Source: Octopus sinensis (taxonomy: Eukaryota). Taken from it: a stretch of DNA of 64,000 bases. Within the stretch, counting starts at the first letter, position 1, and every line of letters starts with the position of its first letter. The position numbers and the translations under genes are program-made. Positions 51,785 to 64,000 of this stretch are shown in pieces. The notes beneath the pieces are model-generated. The model had not been told where the DNA came from and ran no database searches. It saw nothing but the letters and a program-made list of their open reading frames with translations. The DNA lies in assembly GCF_006345805.1 (NCBI RefSeq), contig NC_043001.1:107570001-107634000 (forward strand). The letters are read 5' to 3'.

Positions 51785-51800
<16 letters not shown>
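51700..51800 (+). mobile_element. Family B SINE middle fragment ending in its internal (TA)n
   Basis: TGGCACCTTGGACAAATGTCTTCTACTATA..GGAAACTGAAAGAAGCCCGT. Confidence 0.8.
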
Positions 51801-51819
<19 letters not shown>

Positions 51820-51820
<1 letters not shown>

Positions 51821-52115
51821 TAGCTGGTGTATCCGGTAATTCCCTGGGGTAAACAGGATCTATTTAAACGCCTTATTACTCTTACATAAGAAAGCAATTT
51901 TCATCCGGCGAATGGGTCATTTGAGAACTGCTAAAAATATGGATACACTCTGCTTGTATAAGAATGAAAGTAAGTTTTGTTGCTGCATCAATGTGTGTAT
52001 ATGTGAGTGAGTGTGAAAATATGAACTACTATAGTGTAATGTCCCTTTGATGTAGCGTTATATCGTTTTCTATTGGGGTTTGTATTTTGTAACAAATCTT
52101 TTATATATCCAAGAA
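51820..52115 (-). mobile_element. Possible non-autonomous Helitron inserted in (TA)n
   Basis: A|CTAG at 51820-23 with imperfect GC hairpin (CCGG..CCTGG) ~10 nt inside; far end not resolved. Confidence 0.4.
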
Positions 52116-52702
52116 CCCAGTTGAGTTAGAAACACAGTTCGTCCAGATTAAAGTATTATTGGTTACAAAAGCAATAAGTTATTTTTACTGTAAATACTGA
52201 GTATCTACTCACTACATATACATACATACATGTGTGTGTGCGTGCGCATAATGTCACAAGTACACTTGAATAACCACTTTCCAAAAACCAAATTTTAAAA
52301 TAAACTCGTTTTTCAAAAATTATCCCACAGTAAGTTAACACTGCTTAAATACAAGTTTCAGACTCCTTTCTTTTATTAAACAGCGTTCAGCCGTTCCTAA
52401 TTTGCTACCGTTAAATTATCCTCAGCTAAAATAAAGTTGCTTTCTAATTAAAAATTCCACTGAACAAATTGTTCTCAGTAACAACTCATAGGCTAAGAGG
52501 TTTATATCATTGACACAGTCATATATAAGTCATTGTTCATTTTACAGAAAGCACGTTTAATTTTCATCTCTTTATATACTTATCGAAGTATAAGACTTAT
52601 TCAAATGGAAATTTAGAGGCATTACTCGGACGAATATATAATTATTAATATTTATGTAGATTATTTCCAACACATATTTCATATAATCTATCATTGTTTT
52701 AT

Positions 52703-53790
52703 TCTCTTACTTGTTACAGTCATTTCACTGCGACCATGCTGGAGCACCGCCTTGACGAATTTTAGTGGAATAAATCGACCCCAAGAATGATCTTTTAAAA
52801 ACCTCGTACATATTCTATCGGTCTTTTTTACCAAACCACTAAGTTAAAGGGACATAAACACACCAACACCAGTTGTCAAGCGGTAATGGGCGACAAACAC
52901 ATACATAAAGGCACACACATAAATATATATATATATATATTTATGTATATATACATATATATATACAGTCAAGGAATTATAGTCCCTTAAGGGATGCAAG
53001 AATCCTAGTTCTCCAGTTTATTCTAGTGTTCAGTGAAAATAAAGTATATTGTAACAACGGTTCTTTTAAGGAACACTTGCATTCAAGAAAACGCACACAT
53101 CTGAGTTTATCGTAGGTTAATCTACACGTCGAAATGTAACTTCCTTTTGGAAATTCTCCCTGAAGAAATACCCAGTTGACTGACTTCAAATGTGGGAATT
53201 TGAATTAAAGTATTTTATTTCTGTGTTTGAACTGATTGGGTGTGGAAACAGCTGTAGGCAGGAATTTCGCGACATTAATTCGAATATCTTTGAATAAATA
53301 ACGTCCGTACGTTATTTTTTTTATTTTCTTATATATATACATAACAATATGTCAACATTGAAACTTTTAAAGATGTTTTTGTAATTCATAAATTTAAACT
53401 TTTACCATTGATAAGCAAAGATGTTTTTTTATAATTCATAACTTTACCGTTGATAAAGAAAAATATTGTTGAAACTACATTATTTTCATTATTTACATTT
53501 GACGGGTATATAGAACAGTATTGTTGAAACTAGTTTGGTATATATGTAAATAAATGTATTTTAAACATTTACGAGTTTTGGTATTTAGGTGCATTTTCAA
53601 CAACACATTTTCCTATATATATACATTTATATACGACGTGCTTCTTTCCATTTCCGTCTACCAAATCCACTCACAAGACTTTGGTCGTGGCGAGGCAATA
53701 GGAGAAGACACACGCCCGAGAAGCCACGCAGTGGGACTGAAACTGAACCCTGTGGTTGGGAAGCTAACCTCTTACCAAACAGCCATCTTT
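52703..53790 (-). mobile_element. One family B SINE split at its internal (TA)n by a ~650-bp unclassified insert (~52966-53612)
   Basis: 3' half at 52703-52920 and 5' half at ~53613-53790 lie on the same strand and in the correct order. Confidence 0.7.
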
Positions 53791-54327
53791 CTTACTAATA
53801 ACAGATTTTAAAATTTGCTGGAATCGGCAAAATCACATTTCCCTTACATCACTCCGCTCAATATGATTGTGCTATATTTGTATCTTTATAATATCCCATG
53901 AATAAATATCAATGACCGTTTATTTAAAATACACTCCTTTAGTTCCGTATATCAGACACTCCTTTTATCTCCATATATTATATAATAGACATATCTAATT
54001 TAAATCCAATTTTTAACATCACATGCGTTTTCAAATTTTACAGGCTGCTGCCGTTTCTATTTTACAAATCTTATAATATTCATGTTCGAAACGAAAATTA
54101 TTTTCTAATTTAATAATACTTCTGCTCGATATAAAACACCTGTTCTCAAGAACAACGTGTAATTACACACAGGTATGTATATAAATTACCGAATTCATAA
54201 GAAACAGACCTTAAAATACAGTCAGGTAAGACAGTGCGATTATAAAATAAGCGCTGTTTACTATAAATTCTTTGTATATTTTACCAAAAGAGAGGTTTAT
54301 TCTGGGAGAAACATCTAGATACAAGTC

Positions 54328-54367
<40 letters not shown>

Positions 54368-54612
54368 TTCAAAATTATTTCCAATATATTTTTATGCATA
54401 CATACCTTTACCATATATTTTTCTCCCAAAAAGCTTTGTAATGAATATTAAGATATGGACATTTCTATAGTATATGTTTATGTATTTGTACGAAAAGCTC
54501 CTCACAATTTTCCAATGCAGGAAGTATTTTAAACTCTTGTTTAGCATAATCTTTACGCTCCGCTTTATTTTATCTTTTTATATGAGAAATAATCTGAATG
54601 ATAATAACCTTA

Positions 54613-54892
54613 TCTACTCTAGGTACAAAGCCCGAAATTTTTGGGGAGGGAGCCTGTCGATTAGATCAACCCCAGTACGCAACTGATACTTAATTTATCC
54701 AACCCGAATGGATGAAAGGGCTTAGTCGGCGGAATTTGAACTCAGAACGGAAAGACAGACGAAATACCTATTTCTTTACTACCCACAAGGGGCTAAACAC
54801 AGAGAGGACAAACAAGGACAGACAAACGGATTAAGCCGATTATATCGACCCCGTGGGTAACTGGTACTTATTTAGTCGACTCCGAAAGGATG
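54613..54892 (-). mobile_element. Family A SINE dimer: 5'-truncated A2 joined to A1 at GGTATTTCGTC
   Basis: Junction GACGAAATACC|TATTTCTTTAC at 54768/54769, the same site as in the 2796-3588 array. Confidence 0.88.
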
Positions 54893-54989
54893 TAAATTAC
54901 CCTTACAAAGCGGAAAGATTTGTCAACAACCACCCATGGGACTCGAATCCATATCTCTTGAAGACTCCGGCCAAGTGCTTTGCCATTAA

Positions 54990-57680
54990 CCCATATTCTT
55001 CTGAATTCTTTATGTATTATTATCAAATTTGAACGAAACGTAATAGTTAAGTTTTATATGTTACACAGACACCTTACAGAAAACTTGACCGAGAAAAATT
55101 GCTTCGTTTTTGAAATGTGAGAGCCATATATGGCACATTAGTGCAATACGAGTAGAATTTAAGTAATTGAATAAACGAATAAAGTTCACAATACGATCAG
55201 AAGCCAGTATCTTTGGCACAAATCAATGTTTTATGACTCTGTCACATAGGGTGACTGCTACATATATCATAGTGCTACAAGTTGCTGTCTAAATCAAAAC
55301 ATATTGATCATTGTTTTTGTATCAAAATTAGCTTATTTCGTGTGGTAGGATGCAAAACACGACAAGCATAATCCTACGTTGTATTTGCGTCATTGCATTA
55401 AAGGTCTTCTATGCATCTTCGTCGTTTACCATTAGGGGTTTTTCAACCAAATGTTCTTGACCATCGAAGCGCATATCGACTCCTCCAGGCATTCTGCTTG
55501 GTTTTCTTCCTCGTCTTCTGGGATTACATTGAAATCCTTTCAAATAGGACATAGCTGTCTCCTGCTTAATCTCAAGCTCATTCATTCTTGATCCACATGT
55601 TTTATGAATTTGCCAGACATTTTGAATAACGGCATGTAGCAACCGAGTAAAATGTTAGACCATAACTTTTTGGCACGCATACTCACACGATATGCATTTC
55701 TGTTCTGATTCATTAGATCAGTGCTCCCCATGAAAATACTGAAGTGTTGGATTACGTCGGGAATAGGCACGCCTACCCTCAATTGTAGAGATGCGCTCCA
55801 CCCTGTTAACAAATTCTTTTGGCTGATCAATATACTGGGTTGGCACCAGTGTTACAGCAGCATTATCTAGCCATTGAATAATACTGAGTGTTGTCTTTTC
55901 TTGTTTATTTTCAACTGACTATACCTCCATATATCCCTGTTCTTGCTTTTTAACAGAAGTGACCAACAATAGTGGACATTGTTTTCCTAGCTGATCTCTT
56001 CTTACAGTTTCTATAACATTATAACCCAAACTGGCTAATCTTTCAAATAAAGGTATGAACGTAAATAGATTATCCATACATATATGATTATTATCATTTT
56101 TCCCGATATTGCTCAAGAGGATGCGGTATTGACGCAATACATTCGCTATAATTCGTTTCTTCTGACTCATTCCCTTGGTATGTTTTTCCCTGTTAGAGAT
56201 CAAAGGCAATTAAATATCCAGTAGAAGAATTTGGGCACCAAACCTTATATCCGAATCTTATTGGCTTGTTTCTTATGCATTGTCTGCATCCGTGTTTCCC
56301 CAAAGTACTCGATCATCGCTTCATCATGCGAAATATGCTGCGTTGTTATAAAATCTTGCAAGACATTTTCCTAAAATTGTGTAATTAGTGATCTTAACTT
56401 AGAATATTTATCACTTGTGTGTTGAGCTTTCATTGTCTTGAAAATGGAGGCATTTCACGATTAAAGTAAATCAATCCCTTCTCATAGCTTTATACACAGT
56501 CACATTTCTCAAGTCGTCACTGGCCGTCTAGCAGTGTGCTTTACTTGGCAATGGATTATTGCCTGATACTACCAAAATAGCAAAAATACTTGTAACTCTA
56601 ATTTAGGCACACTTATATATTGCAGTTTCTACACAACAAATATTTTGTACTTTCACTGATAATGCGATTAACTAGCTCATCATCAAAAAGGAAATCAAAA
56701 AAGTTTTACAGCAGAAAAACCACTGTATGCGGAATAATTTCCTTGGGGAAACATAGTTTTCCATTTAAGGCGTGGGTTTTTGGACCAAACATATGATGGC
56801 TTTGGTGTAGCTATTTTTCGTTTCCGACTACCAGATGGATCTGCAGACGTTGTTGGGTGAGAAGTGACATTTAGGGATGTAGATTCAAGTTCAGCCTCTT
56901 CTTGATAAGTTGTTCTTACACAAGCTTGTGCAAGGGCACAAGTTGCTTTCCTGACAAAATTCCCATGAAGCATTCTTCTTCACCTCCTGAAGTTTCATCA
57001 GTTAATGTACTAACATCTGGAGGTTCTATGAAAATATCTGTTGCCCTTGCATCAGCATCCTTTTCAAGAATATCCAATACTGTGGTCAAATCTAAAAACC
57101 TGCAATAAAGCATACGATATGTTAATGAAGCAATCCAAAAGGCAGGGATCGATTGGATCCCTGGGTGCGTAGAACATACATTTGCCATCTGGGAAGCTAT
57201 CAACTGTGCAAAACAACTGAAGAAAAACCTGTACATTGTATGGCTAAATCGTGCCAATGCATGTGGATCTGTTCCACACGCACTAATTCAAGCAGCAATA
57301 CACCTCTTTTGTATTCCAGATGTTCAACGAATACTCATGTGATATTACAACTTGAGGATGAGATTTACAGCAGAAAAGTTCACAACGGAGTGGTAACTCC
57401 TTACTTTTTTAATATTCAGTTATTGTTTTTATTTATTATTTGTATTTCTATTCATTTGTATATGTTAAGTAAGATTATATAGAAGATATAGAATATCATG
57501 GAGTTATATATGAGGTAGGGGTAGTGTAAAATGTTGAGGAATCCAAACCTGAAGATTGGTAGTACGTCGGCCCGATTAAATATTGAAACTAAATACCTCG
57601 TAACTAATGAATACCGACATACTTTCATAAAACACATGTAGTCTTTAAAACGAAAAATACGGGATTCAGAATAGATACAG
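54990..57680 (-). mobile_element. Decayed piggyBac DNA transposon (PGBD-like transposase pseudogene)
   Basis: Fragments [48 protein letters not shown] (~56230-56325), MDNLFT, MGSTDLMNQ..YR..RAKKLW; TTAA|CCC at 54986-92; weak TIR match ending 57680|TTAG (ends less certain than identity). Confidence 0.85.
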
Positions 57681-58585
57681 TTAGTATAAGATTAAATATT
57701 TAAAATTTTATTGAGTGGTTGAGTATAAAATCTTTCAGTGTTGATTGAGTTGAAGGTGGTTCTGTCTCTAAAACTACTTTTATATATACGAATTAAACAT
57801 TGAGAGATGTCCATTTTAGTATACATAATTTGAAAGTCTTTTTTCCTGTGTACTCGGAAGTAATATTCCCTAATAATTATGATATATATATATATATATA
57901 TATAGATGCGGAATTTAAGATGCGGAATTCTCTTCCTTTGCTTTAACCTCTTCATTCTCTCTCCCTCCCACTCCTCCTCTCTCTCTCTCTCAGCCGTGTG
58001 CCCCCCTCCTCCTTCCTTCTTCCTTACTGCCAGCCTATAAAATAAAATTTCTTTTACACGTGGCCCTTACTACTGAAAAGACTGCCTCCACGCGCTGCTA
58101 CAGTATCCTTCGTCTTTGCCAAAAAAGGCTTATTCGTTCGTCCTCTTGTGTGTTTGATTTCCTGTATCGTATTCTCTTTTTATTTTCTCGTTTTGTAATT
58201 ATTTGTATTTTTTGTACATGTATTTTTATTTTTGCAGTTTTATTGTTACGTCCTGTTCGTGTTCGTATTCTTTTTGCACCGCTGCTTGGAATTTTATTTT
58301 AATTCTCTCGCAGGAAGGCCTATTGGATTAGTGTTCTGTCTCTGCCTTCGAAACATGCTTGACTCCACTAGCGACAGCTGATGATGGGGTTTTTTTCCTT
58401 GTGTAGCTCGTCCTGTAACTGTTTTTTTCGTTTTCTTGTTTTTTGTTTTTTTGTTTTTCCCGTTTCTACGTCTTATTGTGGTGTCCTGTACTCACGTATA
58501 ATTATTTATATATGCATGTATATATACATGTAGATGTAGGTACGTACATATATGTTTGTATGTATGCATATATTTTTATTTATCA

Positions 58586-58624
<39 letters not shown>

Positions 58625-58646
58625 ATAGATAGATAGATAAGTAGAT

Positions 58647-58759
<113 letters not shown>

Positions 58760-58761
58760 AT

Positions 58762-58800
<39 letters not shown>

Positions 58801-59177
58801 TTTCTTTACTAGCCACAAAAAAGGGACAAATTTCAATGTGGAGCTTTTCTTTTGGAAAATAGAAAAAAAACAGAAAAAGAAAATTTCGATCAAAAGGGAT
58901 CGTGTATCACAGAAACTATCATAAATGTAAAAAGCAGATTAGGTTTATCCGTGGAAAGAAAAGTCTACGGAAACTACCACGGTAAACTCAGGCAGGGAGG
59001 AAAAAAAACACCAAAGCAAAGTGCTCTCCCCCCCTCTCTCTCTCTCTTTCGTTTTTTGATTTACAGGATCATGCTCAAAGTGGTTTCGTCATTTACGCGT
59101 ACCATCTTTGCTATATTCACCCACCTTTTCTTGAATCTTTCACGAAGCAAAACTTGCCTCTCTATTCTCACCTTCCG
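58801..59177 (-). mobile_element. Older Tx1-clade LINE 3' fragment next to (GA)n
   Basis: Colinear with 35722-36190 (TTTCGATCAAAAGGGATCGT, CCGTGGAAAGAAAAG.CTACGGAAA, CAAAACTTGCCTCTCTA). Confidence 0.88.
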
Positions 59178-59204
59178 TATATATATATATATATATATTT
59201 TTTT

Positions 59205-59595
59205 TTTTCTTACTTGTTTCAGTCATTTGACTGCGGCCATGCTGGAGCACCGCATTTAATCGAGCAACTCGACCCCGGGACTTATTCTTTGTAAGCCCAG
59301 TACTTATTCTATCGGTCTCTTTTACCGAACCGCTAAGTGACGGGGACATAAACACACCAGCATCGGTTGTCAAGCAATGCTAGGGGGACAAACACAGACA
59401 CACAAACACACACACATACACATACATATATACGACGGGTTTCTTTCAGTTTCCGTCTACCAAATCCACTCACAAGGCTTTGGTCGGCCTGAGGCTATAG
59501 TAGAAGACACTTGCCCAAGATGCCACGCAGTGGGACTGAACCCGGAACCATGTGGTTGGTAAACAAGCTACTTACCACACAGCCACTCCTGCGCC
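59205..59595 (-). mobile_element. Young full-length family B SINE within (TA)n
   Basis: Near-identical to 23686-24100. Confidence 0.93.
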
Positions 59596-59601
59596 TATAT
59601 A

Positions 59602-59779
<178 letters not shown>

Positions 59780-60189
59780 GGGTGGATAGATATGTATGTG
59801 TGTATAACACTAAATATATGTGTATGTGCGCGCGCGTATCTTTTGCTCTCGATATATGATGACGACACTGAATGATGCAGTCTAAAATACTGTCTAAAAA
59901 AGATGGGATGTTCACAGCTAGCATATCTGTGGTGAAGGCTAAACAGGGGTAAAAAAACAACAGCACTATAAAACTAAACTCTGTTGATATCATGCTTACA
60001 GAATGCTGTGCCATAAAGGTTAAGACTATTGGAACTTTTAAGAATCAGAGTAATTCATTACTTTGCCGAAAACTATTGTTATTGCGTGTCATATTTTCCA
60101 TTTGCCACAAAATTAACCCCGATGTACAATTGAACCCTTTCTCTTACTTGTCTGTAATTAAGGGTTTTGAGTTTTATCTTATTTCGTTA

Positions 60190-60307
60190 CCAGAAACAAA
60201 TAATTTGATCAACGTAGCAATTATTGTTGTAGCAGAAAATGTGGGTTTTGATGTCAAGAAAAAGAAATATAACGGGAGTGACAAAAGAAAATATCCACGG
60301 TGGAAAA
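60190..60307 (+). mobile_element. Isolated internal fragment of the R4/Dong-like LINE
   Basis: Homologous to 61500-61607 (CAGAAACAAATAATTTGATCA..ATGTCAAGAAAAAGAAATATAA..TCCACGGTGGAAAA). Confidence 0.8.
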
Positions 60308-60760
60308 CTGCATTTCATTGCAACGGTTTGACCTCTCGTAAGATTTTGTCGTGGTCATTTAGCCCCAGGTCAGGTCAGTTTTTATTCCATTATTCAACGC
60401 ATCCGTCATTGTTTTAAAGATATGAAAGTCGGATGTTACGGAGGAGATTTAGCTGTTGTTTTTACCATATTGTATTTCAAATTGATGATCCCTCATTGGT
60501 TTATTTTTACTCAATGAATAGTTATTGACAGTAATTTTGACAGTTAGAGGAGAAACTCAGGTTACTGCAGGCATCTTCAACGATCAATGCTATCTAAACA
60601 CCAAAAATATCTGCTATTCTCAAAAGATGGTTACAAGGCAGATATTCTTGGAAAATGGCTTCACTCTACTTATTAATGGATTGAAACAAGAAAAGTAATT
60701 AATATTCAATGAAAATAAAGGTTTTCCAGGATTGCAAATCTTAACGGCAAATGAATAGTC

Positions 60761-60806
<46 letters not shown>

Positions 60807-60822
60807 TAATAATAATAATAAT

Positions 60823-61295
60823 ATTGGTGTAAAAGATGGGCTACAGCAAATATTCTGGTCAATACCACAGATTTGCTTGTCAGTTGTTTGACCTTAACCA
60901 GTTTTGCATGTCCCTTAGTGGCTGACGATATGTGCATCTCTGATCTCGAGCAGAAGTAGTGGGGAAGCATCATAGCCATGCGTTGAGAGGAATTCTTTGG
61001 GGATTGAATAATTCACCTCTGGAAACATGGGTGTTTCGTTCAACATCCTTAAACAACCCTTATTCAGGGACCTTTTGAGCGGGATGGGCTACTCGACCAG
61101 AAGAAAATTCTAATTGGGCCCCACCTGCAAGGTCATTTGCTGTTTATCTTGATATGAGATCACCATGTCGCGCACATATGGTTGTGATGCATGTCCCTAG
61201 TGTACCTTTATCAGACGGGTAGTCATGATGGGTATACTGGGCTTCGTATATTTTACCCCAGTGTCACTTTGATGGCATGCACTGCTCTCTCACTC

Positions 61296-61296
<1 letters not shown>
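60823..61296 (+). mobile_element. Unclassified ~470-bp element bounded by (AAT)n on both sides
   Basis: Higher-complexity, GC-richer block between two pure AAT tracts; no recognisable ORF, TIR or tRNA head; strand guessed from an AAT tail. Confidence 0.55.
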
Positions 61297-61331
<35 letters not shown>

Positions 61332-63248
61332 GGGGGCATGACAGATGAACAAAAGGCAATCTACGACAGAATAAAGGCAAGGCTACAAGAGAACGATACC
61401 GACATTATTTGCAACCTTAAAACGGTTGACTGGTGGAAATTGAATCAAGAAACGAAAAATGGAAATGAAATTCTGAAATACATCAGAACAGAAAGCATCA
61501 CAGAAACAAATAATTTGATCACGGCAGCAAGTATTGTTGTGGCAGAAAATATGTCAAGAAAAAGAAATATAAGGAGAGTGACGAAAGAAAAGATCCACGG
61601 TGGAAAAAGAATACAAGCGGGGTTAGATATTCTCTCTGTGTTAGGCAGAAAAGAGAATGGGGAGCTTAAAAGCGAACCAAAAATGCAGTGCACTGAACAG
61701 GAAGTATGATATAGAAAGAAAGGGTCTGAAATTGGTAATAGAGAAACTGAAACAGCGCCTCGTTGCAAAGAAAGCAAAGGTGGTAAGATACAACCAAAGA
61801 ATAAAGGGATACCAGCAGAATAGGTTATTCAGAGTAGATCAGAAGAGATTCTACAAAGAAATAAATGGGGGGTGTACAGATGAAAAGTTGATAACAGATA
61901 ACATTGAAAGTCAAAGGTTTGGGAGTGACATCTGGAGCAAAGACAAGGAGCACAAGAAGGATGCTGAATGATTGCAAGAACTGAAACAAACAGTATTCTG
62001 TCCAAAACAGGCAACAGTAGTTATTTCGCTTAGGGAAGTGAAGAAAACCATCAAGAAAATGAGCAACCGGAAGACCCCGGGACCAGACGGAGTTCAAGAC
62101 TACTGGATCAAAAGATTTGGTGAATGTCATGCACGAATAGCTGCACAATTCAACACCCTGTTAAATGCCGACCAAGTAATACCAGAGTGGTTGACAATGG
62201 GTAGGACAGTACTGTGCTTGAAAAACATCGGAAAATATAATACGGTAGACAGGCCGATATCCTGTTTGCAACTTATGAGGAAATTATTGACTGGAGTAGT
62301 CGCAGAGTCAATGTATGAGCATCTGGACAAAAATGGAGTCCTGCCACACGAGCAGAAGGGTTGCAAGCGTTAAGTGCAGAGGTATCATGGATCAACTCCT
62401 GATATACAAAACTGTACTTTGAGGCTGCAAGAAGAGCAAAAGTAACTTAGTCATGTCATGGATCGACTATCGTAAGGCGTACGATATGATCTCACATTCT
62501 TGGATTATAGAATGTATGGACCTATTTGTAATTGCATCAAATGTTGAGCAATTGCTTGGGAAGAGTATGTCGAAGTGGAGGGCGGAACTGACAGCATATG
62601 GAAGAAGTTTAGCGACAATGGAAATCAGGAGAGGCATCTTCCAAGGGGACTGCCTGTCCCCACTGATCTTTGTACTGTACATAATACCACTAACAATGAT
62701 TCTCAGGAAAGCAAAGTCTGGTTATGTATTCAAAAACTGCAACAAACACTTAACCATTTATTATTCATGGATGACTTCAAACTTTATGTTAAAGCTGAAT
62801 CTCAAGTCAACTCCTTCGTTGATACGATGTATACATTCAATGATGATATCAGAATGGAGTTTGAACTAAAAATTGTCATGTGTTAGACTTGGAGAGAGAC
62901 AAAATCAAATGTATGGAAGGGCTAGCGATGCCGTCGCGGGAGGTTATGAGGCAGATAGAAGAGACGGGTTATAAGTACTTGGGGATATTGGAAATGAATA
63001 AAATGATGGAGAGAGAAAGAATAGAAACATTTAAGGTGGAGTACTTGTGCAGAATGAGACTGATATTTAAGTCGAAATTAAACGGACGGAACGAGATTGA
63101 AACCGTCAATACCTGGGTAGTTTCACTCTGTAGATATTGAGCAGGGGTAATTACATGGACAGTACACGAACTAAACAGTTTAGACAGAAGGACGAGGAAG
63201 TTGCTGACAAGATATTGGATGCTCCATTCAAAATGTGACACAGACAGG
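61332..63248 (+). pseudogene. R4/Dong-clade LINE reverse transcriptase region, multiply disrupted and truncated at both ends
   Basis: QQNRLFRVDQKRFY, KTPGPDGVQDYWIK, RPISCL, EQKGC, WIDYRKAYDMISHSWI, RGIFQGDCLSPLIF, HLLFMDDFKLY, YKYLGILE; starts directly after (AAT)n. Confidence 0.9.
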
Positions 63249-63788
63249 CGGTCGTGGAGGTGGTGATGATAATGACGACGAGGAGAGAATAATGATGATG
63301 ATGATGATGATGATTTCTTTAAAGTTATATTTGCATATAAAGAATGTGAAAACGCAATACAGAATTTTGTTTGGAATCAGATTAAAAATGTGTAACATCT
63401 TGAGACAAAATATATTCTAAGACCGCGGTATTGTCATTAGAGTGGAGACGGTGGTAACATCTCATGAAATTTCTTTTTTTTTTTTTTTACAGAAATTAGC
63501 AAGCTAATAAGAACATCATTTCCTTGCATATTAGTATTTTTTCTTTTTCCATTTTATTTAAGATTGATATGTTGGACTGAAAAATAAAACATCCACCAAG
63601 ATATTTTATATAAACGACGCACTAAACGCAGAGGTGTAAACGACAAGTCTAAACAAAAAATCTGCCGCGCTATGTGCACAGGTGTGAACACCACCTCCGA
63701 AGAAATCTATACAAAGATACATAAAATAAACGTCCTTGCAATAAACAACTTAAGAAAATATATATGTGTGTGCGTTTGTTTGTTTGTT

Positions 63789-63843
<55 letters not shown>

Positions 63844-63884
63844 CCTAAATAAAAGGAATTGAAGTTTAGAAGTGATTACGTGCA

Positions 63885-64000
63885 TTATTTACATTTGACG
63901 ATATTTGTCCTCATCTTGTTTGTTGTTAACACAACGTTTTGGCTGATATACCCTCCAGCCTTCATCAGGTGACTTGGGAAAATTTCGAACCTGGGTTCTC
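63885..64000 (-). mobile_element. Putative Penelope-like repeat end carrying a degenerate minimal hammerhead (63929-63972)
   Basis: CAC-CTGATGA-A-GGCTG..CAGCC-AAAAC-GTT-GTG; perfect 5-bp stem II, palindromic AACGTT, G12 appears mutated to A; related TTTACATTTGACG end at ~53492. Confidence 0.55.

Noticed and set aside
58305-58360. Hammerhead-like GAAGGC/GCCTTC stem followed by GAAAC
   Set aside because: CUGAnGA core and stem I are not recognisable; at most a decayed relic

Overview
AT-rich, repeat-dense eukaryotic DNA with no intact host gene that I can support. The tRNA-derived SINE families and very long TA/TATC/TAA microsatellites point to an octopus or other coleoid cephalopod, probably intronic or intergenic (inference). 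Nearly all ORFs in the track are microsatellite artefacts. Real coding remnants are a near-complete but disrupted CR1-group LINE ORF2 (38.4-41.7 kb), two Tx1-clade LINE 3' fragments (35.7-37.0 and 58.8-59.2 kb), R4/Dong-clade LINE pieces (6.9, 60.2 and 61.3-63.2 kb), a decayed piggyBac (55.0-57.7 kb) and mariner/Tc1 remnants. At least three tRNA-derived SINE families are present, labelled here A, B and C. Highlights: (1) a SINE subtype (A2) whose tail matches the Tx1 LINE 3' end and whose 3' junction lands on GGTATTT in 4 of 6 cases, a motif in its own head, giving head-to-tail self-arrays; (2) minimal type I hammerhead ribozyme motifs in small Penelope-like repeats, two showing compensatory base-pair changes; (3) a 2.9-kb composite macrosatellite of a conserved ~200-bp box alternating with palindromic A4T4-5 arrays; (4) different mobile elements sitting in different microsatellite classes. 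All coordinates and alignments were read by eye.
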